From Octopus vulgaris (lineage: Eukaryota): 64,000 nucleotides of DNA. The position numbers and the translations under genes are program-made. Positions within the stretch are counted from its first letter, which is position 1, and each line of letters begins with the position of its first letter. Positions 26,701 to 38,529 of the stretch are shown one piece after another. The stretch lies in assembly GCA_951406725.2 (NCBI GenBank), contig OX597826.1, forward strand, positions 59,086,001 through 59,150,000. The letters are read 5' to 3'. The notes below the pieces were generated by a model. That model was not told where the DNA came from, ran no database searches, and saw nothing but the letters and a program-made list of their open reading frames with translations.

Positions 26701-27809
26701 GTGGTTCTAGGTGTATGTGTGTGTGTGTGTATTTATAAAGATATATGTTTGTGTTCGCGTGTGTGTATGAGTGTGCGTGTGGGTATATATAAATATGCTT
26801 ATATGCGTATTCCTATGACTCTATAGAATTTTCGACAAAGAAATCATTATTTCCTGTTGATGCTTTTTATGGTTATTACCACAAATAAAGACATTATTAG
26901 TGTTGTTATTATCATTCTTGATATTGTTGCAATTATGGCTGCTCTCGTTGCAATTGTTAGTAATTTCGTTGTAGTATTTTTTATTCAATATTTCCATTTC
27001 CAAATAAGCGATTTCTATACATATTTGCATACAAGTTGCAGCAAGTATGTATACTTATAGCTAATTTTGAACAAATACGGCTTCCGACGCTAATAATGTT
27101 GGATTATTTATGTTTTTTTTGCATCTGTGTTTATTTTCTTTTCGTACAATGTTGAAGGTTATCAAGTACTGCAAACTCTATTTAGGATTTCTACATTTTG
27201 CAACATGCTTACGTCTATCTATTCTCATAGGTAATCTATTAAGTGATTTACAGAAATGTTTGTATACTATTCTCCTTATAGTAGCAATTCCAAATGAGAA
27301 GATAGAAACATTCCCTAACTGTCCTATTCTCATATATTATTCCCATAGAAAATATTTACAGAATCCGACATTGCTATATTCGTGAACGGGTTTATGACTA
27401 TCCTCAAAGGTGTTATGTCCATGTATGCTTTTACAGATGTAATTGTATGTGTTTCCAGTTATAGTACCTATATAGAATTGGTTTCAAGAACATATTTCTC
27501 AACTGACAAAACGTTTGATTTTTGTTTCTTTTTCATTCAATACTAAGCAGGTGTAATTCTTTACTTTTTCAGCCATTTTGGGTGTATTGTGCTTATTATT
27601 ATTATTATTATTATTATTATTGACCGCATCATCATGGTCCTCATTAGCAACATCGTCGTCGTCATCATCCACATAATCATCGTCATTGCCGTCGTCGTCA
27701 TCATCACAAAAACCACCACCGCCACCGCCATCACCACCACCACCACCACCACCACCACTGCCACAACCACCTCCACCACCAAAATGATAGTGACCGTGAT
27801 GATGAAATT

Positions 27810-30800
27810 AAAACCGATGTGAACCGGATAAAACCGGTATGAACCGGTTAATACCGGTATGAAGCGGTTAAAACCGGTGAACCAGTTAAAGCTGGTATGA
27901 ACCGGTTTGGTCCGGTTTGACTGGTTTGAACTGGTTTGAACCGGATTGAACCGGTTTGAACAGGTTTGATCGGGTTTGAAACGGTTTGATCCGGTCTGAA
28001 CCCGTTTGAACCGGTTGGTACCGGATTGAACCGGTTTGAACCGGTTTGATCGGCTTTGAACCGGTTTGATTAGGTTTGAACCGGTTTGGACCGGTTTGAA
28101 CCGGATTGAACCGGTTTCTACCGGTTTGAACCGTATTGAACCGGTTTGAACTGGTTTGAACCGGTTTGAACCGGTTTCGGCACAGTCTTTGATCTTTGTC
28201 GGCACCGTCTTTGTTCTCTGTCGGCAACCGGCTTTGATCTTTGTCGCCAACGTCTTTGATCTCTGTCGGCACCACCTTTGATCTTTGTCGGCACACTATT
28301 TGATCTCTATCGGCACCGTCTTTGATCTTTGTCGGTACAGTCTTTGATCTCTGTCGGGACCACCTTTGATCTTTGTCGGCACCGTATTTGATATCTGTCG
28401 GCACCGCCTTTGATCTCTGTCGGCACCATCTTTTGATTAGGTTTGAAGCGGTTTAAACCGGATTGAACCGGATTGAAACTGTTTGAACCGGTCTGAACCG
28501 GATTGAACCGGATTGAACCGGTTTTAACCGGTTTGAACTGGTTTGAACCGGTTTGATCCGGTTTGGACCAGTTTCAACCGGTTTGAACCGTATTGAACCG
28601 GTTTGAACCGGTTTCGGCACCGTCTTTGATCTTTGTCGCCACACTCTTTGATCTCTGACGGCACCGTCTTTGATCTCTGTCGGCACCGCCTTTGATCTTT
28701 GTCGGCACCGTATTTGATCTCTGTCGGCACCGTCTTTGATCTTTATCGGCACACTCTTTGATCTCTGTCCGCACCGTCTTTGATCTATGTCGGCACCATC
28801 TTTGATCTCTGTCGGCACCGTCTTTGATCTCTGTTGGCACCGCCTTTGATCTTTGTCGGCACCGTCTTTGATCTCTGTCAGCACCGCCTTTGATCTCTGT
28901 CGGCATCGTCTTTGATCTTTGTCGGCACCGTCTTTGATCTCTGTTGGCACCGCCTTTGATCTCTGTCGGCACCGTCTTTGATCTCTGTCGGCACCGTCTT
29001 TGATCTTTGTCGGCACCGTATTTGATATCTGTCGGCACCGTCTTTGATCTCTGTCGGCACCGTCTTTGATATCTGTCGGCACCGCCTTTGATCTTTGTCG
29101 GCACCGTCTTTGATCTTTGTCGGCAACGTCTTTGATCTCTGTCGGCACCGTCTTTGATCTCTGTCGGCACCGTCTTTGATCTTTGTCGGCAACGTCTTTG
29201 ATCTCTGTCGGCACAGTCTTTGATCTCTGTCGGCACTCTCTTTGATCTCTGTCGGCACCGTCTTTGATCTCTGACATTCCTGACATTCCAGGCATTCCTG
29301 ACATTCCTGACATTCCAGATATTCCAGACATTCCAGACATTCCCGACATTCTATACATTCCTGACATTCCTCTCATTCCTGACATTCCAAACATGCCTGA
29401 TATTCCTGACATTCCAGGAATTCCTGACATTCCAGACATTCCTCACGTTCCAGACATTCCTGACATTCCAGACATTCCTGACATTCCGGAAATTCCAGAC
29501 ATTCCTGACATTCCAGACATTCCCGACATTCTAGACATTCCTGACATTCCTCTCATTCCTGACATTCCAGACATGCCTGATATTCCTGACATTCCAGGAA
29601 TTCCTGACATTCCAGACATTCCTCACGTTCCAGACATTCCTGACATTCCAGACATTCCTGACATTCCGGAAATTCCAGACATTCCTGACATCCCAGAAAT
29701 TCCAGACATTCCTGACATTCCAGACATGTCTGACGTTCCAGAAATTCCCAACATTCCTGACATTCCAAACATTCCTGACATTCCAAATATTCCTGACATT
29801 CCTGAAATTCTAAACATTCCTGACATTCCTGACATTTGTACCGGTTTGATCAGGCTTGATCCGGCTTTGATCTTTGTCGGCACCGTATTTGATCTCTGTC
29901 GGCACCGTCTTTGATCTCTGTCGGCACCGTCTTTGATCTCTGACATTCCTGACATTCCAGGCATTCCCGACATTCCTGACATTCCAGATATTCCAGACAT
30001 TCCAGACATTCCAGACTTTCCAGACATTCCAGACATTCCTGACATTCTTATTATTCCTGACATTCCTATTATTCCTGAGATTCCTATTATTCCTGACATT
30101 GCAGACATTCCTAACATTCCAGAAATTCCAGACATTCCTGACATTCCTATTATTCCTGACATTCCAGACATTCCTGACATTCCTGACATTCCAGACATGC
30201 CTGACATTCCAGAAATTCCCGACATTCCTCACATTCCAAATATTCCTGACAATCCTGACATTCCAAACATTGCTGACATTCCTGACATTTGTACCGGTTT
30301 GACCAGGCTTGATCCGGCTTTGATCTTTGTCGGTACCGTATTTGATCTCTGTCGGCACCGTCTTTGATCTTTATCGGCACACTCTTTGATCTTTGTCGGC
30401 ACCGTCTTTGATCTCTGACATTCCTGACATTCCAGGCATTCCTGACATTCCTGACATTCCAGATATTCCAGACATTCCAGACATTCCAGACATTCCTGAC
30501 ATTCCTCTCATTCCTGACATTCCAGACATTCCTGACATTCCAGACATGCCTGATATTCCTGACATTCCAGACATTCCTCACATTCCAGACATTCCAGACA
30601 TTCCTGACATTCCGACATTCCGGAAATTCCAGACATTCCTGACATTCCAGAAATTATAGACATTCCTGACATTCCAGACATGCCTGACATTCCAGAAATT
30701 CCCGACATTCCTGACATTCCAAACATTCCTGACATTCCTGACATTTGTACCGGTTTGATCAGGCTTGATCCGGTTTGAACACGTTTGTCGGCACCGTCTT

Positions 30801-31322
30801 TGATCTTTGTCGGCACCGTCTTTGATCTCTGTCGGCACCGTCTTTGATCTCTGTCGGCACCGTCTTTGATCTTTGTCGGCACCGTCTTTGATCTCTGTCG
30901 GCACCGTCTTTGATCTTTGTCGGCACCGTCTTTGATCTCTGTCGGCACCGTCTTTGATCTCTGTCGGCACCCTATTTGATCTCCTTCGGCACCCTCGTTG
31001 TTTGGAATAACAGGTATGTATGGAATGTCAAGAATGTCAGGAATGTCTGGAATGTTAGGAATGTCAGGAATTCCAGACATTCCAGACGTTCCTGACATTC
31101 CAGACATTCCATACATTCCTGACATTCCAGACATTCCAGACATTCCTGACTTTCCATACATTCCATACATTCCTGACATTCCTGACATTCCAGGCATTCC
31201 AGACATTCCAGACATTCCTGACATTCCAGATATCCTTACATTCCTGACTTTTCTGACATTCCGGACATTCCTGACATTTGAACCGGTTTGATCAGGCTTG
31301 ATCCGGTCTGAACCGGTTTGGT
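27810..31322 (-). repeat. Composite tandem array 2 (same three units, opposite orientation to array 1)
   Basis: Approximate blocks: 10(27810-28178), 22(-28435), 10(-28615), 22(-29270), 9(-29838), linker, 22(-29940), 9(-30290), 22(-30415), 9(-30746), 10, 22(-30995), 9(-31278), 10(-31322). Confidence 0.95.
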
Positions 31323-31677
31323 CTGTCACTATCATTTCACTAAAACATTATTGTGACTGTTGCTCCTATCATCGGCTTTGATATATAATCGTTGATGCTA
31401 TTTTGGTTGTTGCTGCTATAGTTTTCTTATGAAAAACAATTAACACATTACCATTTTATGGTGTTTGAATTGTTCCCGGCTGAGCATCCAAAAGAATTTC
31501 GTTTCGTTGTTTCAAAGATGTCGACACCGATTAGAGATTTGTTGAATTTCAGACGTTAGAGAGAGAAGATAGATGCACACACACATACGCAAACACCAAC
31601 GCATTCAGAAAGACGCAGACACACATATCTATCTATCTATATATATATATATGTTCACACTCACATATATATACGTC

Positions 31678-31830
31678 AAGGCACATGGCTCTGTGGTTAG
31701 AGCGTCGGGTTCACATTCATGAGGAAGTTTGATCGATTCCCGGACCGTGTTGTGTGCTGTGTTCTTGAGCAAGACACTTTGTTTCACGTTGCTCCAGTTC
31801 ACTCAGTTGTGAAAATGAGTTGCGACGTCA
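31678..31830 (+). mobile_element. tRNA-derived SINE family D, 5' part
   Basis: GGCACATGGCTCTGTGGTTAGAGCG...TCGATTCCC...GTGTTCTTGAGCAAGACACTT..TTTCACGTTGCTCCAGT; second copy at 36950-37190(-). Confidence 0.75.
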
Positions 31831-32035
31831 CTGGTATCATCTGTTGTTAAGCGATGGTGGTGAGGGGACAAACACTGACACACAAACATATATATATATA
31901 TATATATATTACTACGTCGAGGTGCCAAAGTCCCTTAAGGGATGCGAGCATCCTAGTTCACCGGTTTATACCAGTAGATATAAGTAGGAAGATCTTATTT
32001 TAAATACACACACACACACATATATATATATATAT

Positions 32036-32240
32036 GTGACCTCGTGTGTACCGTTGGCGATTTTTTTCCTCTTTCTTCCCTTCTCTGGATCTTTCCTTCT
32101 CCTATGTTTCCGACGAAGAGCTCCGCTCGAAACGTTAAACCCTCCTTCTTCCCTTCTTTCCTGAGCGTCCAATAATATTATATTTGTTCCACGTCCACGC
32201 GTTGTTGTTTTTCTTTTTGTGTTTTCTTGTTTGGATTAAC
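32036..32240 (+). mobile_element. About 205-bp hammerhead-bearing short element (PLE pLTR-like), copy 1
   Basis: Near-identical to 41340-41481 and 49410-49611(-); sits in (TA)n; contains GUUU-CCGACGA-A-GAGC(UCC)GCUC-GAAACGUU-AAAC at 32106-32140. Confidence 0.8.
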
Positions 32241-32250
32241 TATATATATA

Positions 32251-33469
32251 CAGGCGCTGGACAAAATAATGGAAACACCTTAAAATTGCAAACAAATTTA
32301 TTCTAATATGGAGTAGGACCGACTTTGGCAGCAATTACAGCTTCAATTTTATAAGATAGGAACTCGTACAAAGTTTGAATTGTTGCCAAAGGAATTTTTG
32401 TCCATTCTTCAGCTAAAACAGTTTCCAGTTCTTGCAGTGATATCGACTCATTTGTTTTTCTAAAATGCACAATAAATGTTCAATAATATTGAGATCTGGC
32501 GACTGTAGTAGCTGATAAGTTATTCAACTTCACTAGAAAGTTCCTTGTGCCATTCAGTAACAAACTTTAGCTGTGTGAATTGGTGCATTATCATCCTGAA
32601 AGATTGCGTTTTCCTCCGGAAACAGTTCCGCAACCATAGGATGAATTTGATCATATAAAATGCTTGAATAGTCTTGACTTAATTCTGCCATGAAGAAAAC
32701 CCCTTGGACCGGCGAATTTCCAAGATATAGCCTTCCAGATCATCATATATCCTCCTCCATGTTTAACAGTTGGAAGAAGGCAGTCGGAGTGAAATGCTTT
32801 TGGCTGTCTCCACATGTATACTCGGCCGGTGGTTGGAAATAAGTTAAAGGATGATTCGTCCAAGAAAATAACATTCTTCCACTGCTCTAGAGACCTATTC
32901 TGTAGGTTTTTATTCCACTCTAAACGCTTTGCAACGTTTCTTTTTGAAAGTAGTAGTTTTTCTGATTGCAGTCCTCCTATGAAAACCGTTTTTTTTTTGC
33001 AGCTCCCAGCGAACAGTTTTTGTGGAAACTGGGTTCTCGAGGTGGTCATTAAGATCTGTACTTTTGTGTAAGTGTCCGACGATCCCTATTTGAAAGTTTT
33101 GGTTTTCTTACGGAGTTTTGTTTCGACGAGGAGGTTTTTCCCTCTTTCTTACAGGCTGTCATTACTTTCGAGACAGTACTTCTTGATACACCAAACATTT
33201 TGGTTGTTTTCGTTATTCTAGCGCCTGCCATACAAGTACCAACAATTTGACCACACTGAAAAATCGATAGATCTGTCATTTTAATGAATTTTATTTACCT
33301 TTTTCTGATGATATCTGAAAAGAAACAACAATTTTAGCAAAAGATATTAAGCAACACTAAAAATAAATCAAAAGACATAAAAATAAACAAGCATTTGGCA
33401 GTTTTATAGATATTAAAAAAATTACGATGCTATGATCCTAGGTTTTTCCATTATTTTGTCCCACCCCTG
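32251..33469 (-). mobile_element. Tc1-like (DD34E-type) transposon with about 30-bp TIRs, frameshifted transposase
   Basis: TIRs CAGGCGCTGGACAAAATAATGGAAACACCT / rc CAGGGGTGGGACAAAATAATGGAAAAACCT; MTDLSIFQCGQIVG, WKNVIFLDESSF, TVKHGGG, FQDDNAPIH, SPDLNIIEHL. Confidence 0.93.
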
Positions 33470-33483
33470 GATATATATATATA

Positions 33484-33522
33484 TAAATACAGCCTCCCAG
33501 GGACCCTGGGAGGCTGTATTTA
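33484..33522. repeat. Perfect 39-bp palindrome
   Basis: TAAATACAGCCTCCCAGGG-A-CCCTGGGAGGCTGTATTTA. Confidence 0.9.
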
Positions 33523-33580
33523 CATGATTTGTGTTTTTTTTCTTTTCTAAGACTACGTACATACGAACATACATAGATGC

Positions 33581-33651
<71 letters not shown>

Positions 33652-33659
33652 TGTATGTA

Positions 33660-33707
<48 letters not shown>

Positions 33708-33715
33708 TGTATGTA

Positions 33716-33766
<51 letters not shown>

Positions 33767-33818
33767 GTTATATATGTATGTATGTATATATATACATATA
33801 TATATATGTATATATATT

Positions 33819-33849
<31 letters not shown>

Positions 33850-33878
33850 ATATAGTTATTCTCGTCCACTAGCTTTTT

Positions 33879-34260
33879 AGGAGCATGAGTGGCTGTGTGG
33901 TAAGAGGCTTGCTTCCCAACCACATGGTTCCTGGTTCAGTTCCACTCCGTGCCACCTTGGGCATGTGTCTTCTACTATAGCCTCGGGCCGACCAAATTAT
34001 TGTGAGTGGATTTGGTAGACGGAAACTGAAAGAAGCCCGTCGCGTATGTATATATGTATGTATGTATGTGATTGTCCTCCTAACGTCGCTTGACGACCGA
34101 TGTTGGTGTATCTGCGACCCCGTAATTTAACGGTTCGGCACAAGAGACAGTTGGTATAAGTACTCGGCTTACAAAGTATATGTCCTGGGGTCGATTTGTT
34201 CGACTAAAAGAGGTGCTCCAGCATCACTGCAGTGAAATGACTGAAACAAGTAAATGAATA
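33879..34260 (+). mobile_element. SINE family A
   Basis: Head-to-tail match, moderately diverged. Confidence 0.88.
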
Positions 34261-34314
34261 ATCTCTCCTCCATCTCCCTCACATATTTGTGTGTGTGTGT
34301 GAGTGTGTGTGTGT

Positions 34315-34483
34315 ATACGATGGGCTTCGTTTATTTTCCGTCTAACAAGTTCACTCACGAGTCATACGTGGGCCCAGTCCATAGTGGAAGACACTATGCC
34401 GAGGTCCCGCCAAGTGGCACCATCGCTTAATCCGAAACCACATGACAGCAAATCGAGCTTCTTAACCACAAAGCCATACCTGC
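34315..34483 (-). mobile_element. SINE family A 5' half, diverged
   Basis: ATAGTGGAAGACACT...GAAACCACATG...CTTAACCACAAAGCCA. Confidence 0.65.
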
Positions 34484-34782
34484 ATATATATACCATTTCA
34501 CAAAATGTTACCATCATTTAATTATATGTATTTCATCTGTTGGTTTCGATATAATCTTTGTTTAACAACGGTACAAAATGCGGTGGGATTTTTTTACTGC
34601 TTTACAATATAACATTTTACAGATCATATCAATTATTTCTTATAATGAAGTTTAATATTTCCTAACACCTTACTTACATTTCTTGTAATGCAACAATTGT
34701 CAGTATATATACAAGCCCTAACTGTAAACAGCAACGTGTATGTATGTATGAATGTATGTATGTATGTATGTATGTATGTATG

Positions 34783-34813
<31 letters not shown>

Positions 34814-34865
34814 GCGTGTATGTACGTATGAGTAGGTGTATGTAAATATGTACATTCAAACACAC

Positions 34866-34948
<83 letters not shown>

Positions 34949-35212
34949 TATGTATATATATATATATATATGTATCTATATATATGTATAGATATTATAT
35001 ATATATACATATATATATGGATCTATATGTATTCATATGTAAATACATATATATATAAATACATATATATATATGTGTATGTGTGTATACATATATACAT
35101 ACACACATATACAATTCTGCTTGTGTTTACGAATGCATAGATCCTCGTCAACATTTTTCCCCACACACAAGTTTCATACACACTCATACACACACAAAAC
35201 CACACACGCACA

Positions 35213-35246
<34 letters not shown>

Positions 35247-36072
35247 TAAACACATAGAACACACCTGCTCAACCACTCCTCATCAACGTGAGATAAATAG
35301 GTGTGAAACACCGTTCGTCAATTCATACTAAAGCTGTTACAGTTTGGTGAGAGATACTTCTTGGTTGTACTTTTCTTGTATTCCTATGCAACCATATACA
35401 CATTCATCGCTATATTTACCATTTCCTGTAGCTTACATAGTTTTATTTATTTATTTATTTTATCTATTTATTTTATTTATTTTATTTATTAATTTATTAT
35501 CTGGTTTGTACTTTATGCTTTCGTTTACAGTTTCATCTTTTGGTAGAATCACCAAATATCATTGTTTCTCTTGTCTTTAAAACAAACAATGAGTTATGCG
35601 TATGTAAGTCTGTTCGTACGGGTGTGTGTATCTGTGTGTGCATACACCTATATACTTATATATATATACATACACAAGCAGACACGCACACATACACAAA
35701 CACACACATACGCACAGACATTTTCATTTATATATGTGTGACTATGCTCTTCTGCGTTCCACATTGTGAAGTTATAAAGACAGCTCATACACTGGTTGAA
35801 AGACCGCCCACCTGTCGGTTTTCTGCTAGTCACTAAATGATATTTACGCAGTTGATTCCCAGTGTGTCTAATTTTTCTGATGTTATGTATACTTTTTCCT
35901 TTGTATCCTTTATTCGTCTAATAGCATTCACTGGCTTCGTACATATTTCTGTCGTTATTTTATCACAGTCTTAATCTTTCGTTTTCCTATACACTCCAAG
36001 TTAGCCCATATTTTACGCAGTCGTTTAGTATGCTAGAAATATCAGTGATGACATTTTAAAAATTCTTTTATC

Positions 36073-36617
36073 TATTTCAGTAAGTTGACTGCGGCCATGC
36101 TGGAGCACCGTCTTTAGTCGAACAAACCAATTCTCCGACTTATTTTTTGTAAGCCTAGTACTTATTTTGTGGAGGCACATGGCCTAGTGGTTAAAGCAGC
36201 GGACTTGCGGTCGAGGGATCGCGGGTTCGAATCTCAGACCGGGCGATGTGTGTGTTTATAAGCGAAATACCTAAGCTCCACGCGGCCCCAACAGAAGGTA
36301 ATGGCGAACTTCTGCTGATTCGTTCGCCACAACTTTCTCTCACTTTTTCCTCCTGCATCTTGCAGCTGACCTGCGACGGACCGGTGACCCGTCCAGGTGG
36401 GGAACCTATACGCCAAGGAAAACGGGAAAGCGGCCCTTATGAGCCAGGTGTGGCTCGAGAAGGAGCTAACAACAGTACTTATTTTATCGGTATCTTTTGC
36501 CAAACCGCTAAATCATGGGTAGTTAAACACACCAACATCGATTGTCAAGTGATGGCGGAGGACAAACACAGACACACACACAAATATGTACATATACATA
36601 CATACATACATGCATAC

Positions 36618-36667
<50 letters not shown>

Positions 36668-36830
36668 GATGGGGATTTTTTTTCAGTTTCTCTCTATCAA
36701 ATCCACCCACAATGCTTTGATCGGCTCTATGCTATAGTAGAAAACACTTGCTTAGGGTACCACGCAGTGGGACTGAACCCGAAACCATGTGGTTGGGAAG
36801 CAAGCATCTTACCACACAACCACGTCTGTA
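36073..36830 (-). mobile_element. SINE family A interrupted by a C2 SINE
   Basis: Tail 36073-36168, resumes 36486-36830. Confidence 0.88.
36169..36473 (+). mobile_element. tRNA-derived SINE (family C2) with 12-bp TSD
   Basis: GTGGAGGCACATGGCCTAGTGGTTAAAGC...GGTTCGAATCTC; TSD AGTACTTATTTT at 36157-36168 and 36474-36485. Confidence 0.92.
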
Positions 36831-36949
36831 CACTTTAAAACCTATACCATACCGTACAACGACGAAGTCAATTCACCTCTGTAATAGTGTTTTGAAATTC
36901 TGCACATATCTGAATAATTTCCCTTTTCTTAAGAAAAGTTAAAGAGTCT

Positions 36950-37190
36950 TCCTGAGTCATACCAAATCCGAAGGGCCGGTTCTCTCTGGTTTTCATGGCG
37001 TGTATATTCCCCACCGAGATGAAACATCGGTTCGTCACAGGATTATTCCTTTTTGGCCACCTGGGTGGACTGGAGCAACGTGAAATGAAGTGTTTTGCTG
37101 AAGAACATAACGCCTCACCCGATCAAAGAATCGAAGCCACAACCTTACGATCATGAGTCCAGCACCCTAACCACTAAACCCCGCGCCTTC
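36950..37190 (-). mobile_element. SINE family D
   Basis: GGACTGGAGCAACGTGAAATGAAGTGTTTTGCTGAAGAAC...CCCTAACCACTAA; reverse complement of the 31678 type. Confidence 0.75.
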
Positions 37191-37354
37191 TGTCATTAAG
37201 AAATAAAGAAAAGTATTCATTTAACGAATTCCAGAAAGGTGGTTTTCTGTTGTCGCTAAATAATATATACATTTTGTTGTGTCTGGGGTGAGCCATTGTG
37301 TTTCAATACATTGTGTTTTAACACTCATCGGTTCAATTTACACTATGTACGCTT

Positions 37355-37735
37355 TTACTTATTTGCTTGTTTCAGTCATTTGACTGTGGCCACGCTGGAG
37401 CACCGCCTTTAGTCGAGCAAATCGACCCCAGGATTTATTCTCTGAAAGCCTAGTATTTATTCTATCGGTCTCTTCTGCCGAACCGCTACGTTACGGGGAC
37501 GTAAGCACACCAGCATGTTGTCAAGCGATGCTGGCGGGGGTTGGGGTAGACAAACACAGACACATAAACGTATACACATACACACATGCATATATACGAC
37601 GAGCTTCTTTCAGTTTCCAACTACCAAATCCACTCACAAGGCTTTGGTAGGCCCGAGGTTATAGTAGAAGACACTTGCCCAAGGTGCCAGGCAGTGGGAT
37701 TGAACCCGGAACCATATGGTTGGTAAGCAAGCTAC
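37355..37735 (-). mobile_element. SINE family A
   Basis: Reverse-complement match lacking the first ~25 nt. Confidence 0.9.
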
Positions 37736-37899
37736 ATTTATTTATTTATTTATTTTTCTGAAATTTTTGTTGCTTGCAACCTCTTCCACAGTTGTTGACT
37801 CTGTCCGTTATCGGAGCTGCGAATTCACATAGAATCTTGCAAGCCAAATATATACATTAATATTTGTTTTTATGTTCAATTAGAATCGCACGATCCAGG

Positions 37900-38088
37900 A
37901 GGTTTTGGGGGAGGGGAATAGTCGATTACATCTACCCCAGTGTTCAGCTGGTACTTATTTTATTGACCCTCAAATGATGAAAGGCAGAGTCAAACCCGGT
38001 GGTATTTGAACTCAGAACTTAAAGACAGACTAAATACCGGTCAAAATTCTTGCCCATCGTGCTAATGACTCTGCTACCACGCCGTCTT
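37900..38088 (-). mobile_element. SINE family B, diverged
   Basis: CTGGTACTTATTTTATTGACCC...GAAAGGCAGAGTC...TTTGAACTCAGAAC. Confidence 0.75.
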
Positions 38089-38110
38089 ATGTTCGGTTTT
38101 AATAAAACAA

Positions 38111-38340
38111 GGCGGCGAGCTGGCAGAAACGTTAGCACGCCGGGCGAACTGCTTAGCAGTATTTCGTCTGCCGTTACGTTCTGAGTTCAAATTCCGCCCA
38201 GGTCGACTTTGCCTTTCATCCTTTCAGGGTCAATTAAATAAGTACCAGTTACGCACTGGGGTCGATAAAATCGACTTAATCCGTTTGTCTGTCCTTGTTT
38301 GCCTTCTCTATGTTTAGCCCCCTGTGGGATAAAAAGAAAT
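38111..38340 (+). mobile_element. SINE family B
   Basis: Full-length match, head-to-head with the previous copy. Confidence 0.92.
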
Positions 38341-38529
38341 AAAATAAAACAATTTTATATTAATATGATGGGTAACTTATATAGATTACAATTATTACAT
38401 ATTACAATTATTACATATTATTACAATTATTACAATTATTACAATTATTACATATTATTACATATTATTAATATGATGGGTAACTTATATAGATTACAAA
38501 TATATTTTCTTATACAAGAATGTTGTTGA

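Noticed and set aside
29264-31335. IPD/MSG collagen-like or repetitive CDS
   Set aside because: Translation of the 9-mer on both strands; no splice, start or unique-domain context.
36169-36245. Functional tRNA gene
   Set aside because: tRNA-like A/B boxes are the head of a TSD-flanked SINE; the same applies at 2800-2873 and 31678.
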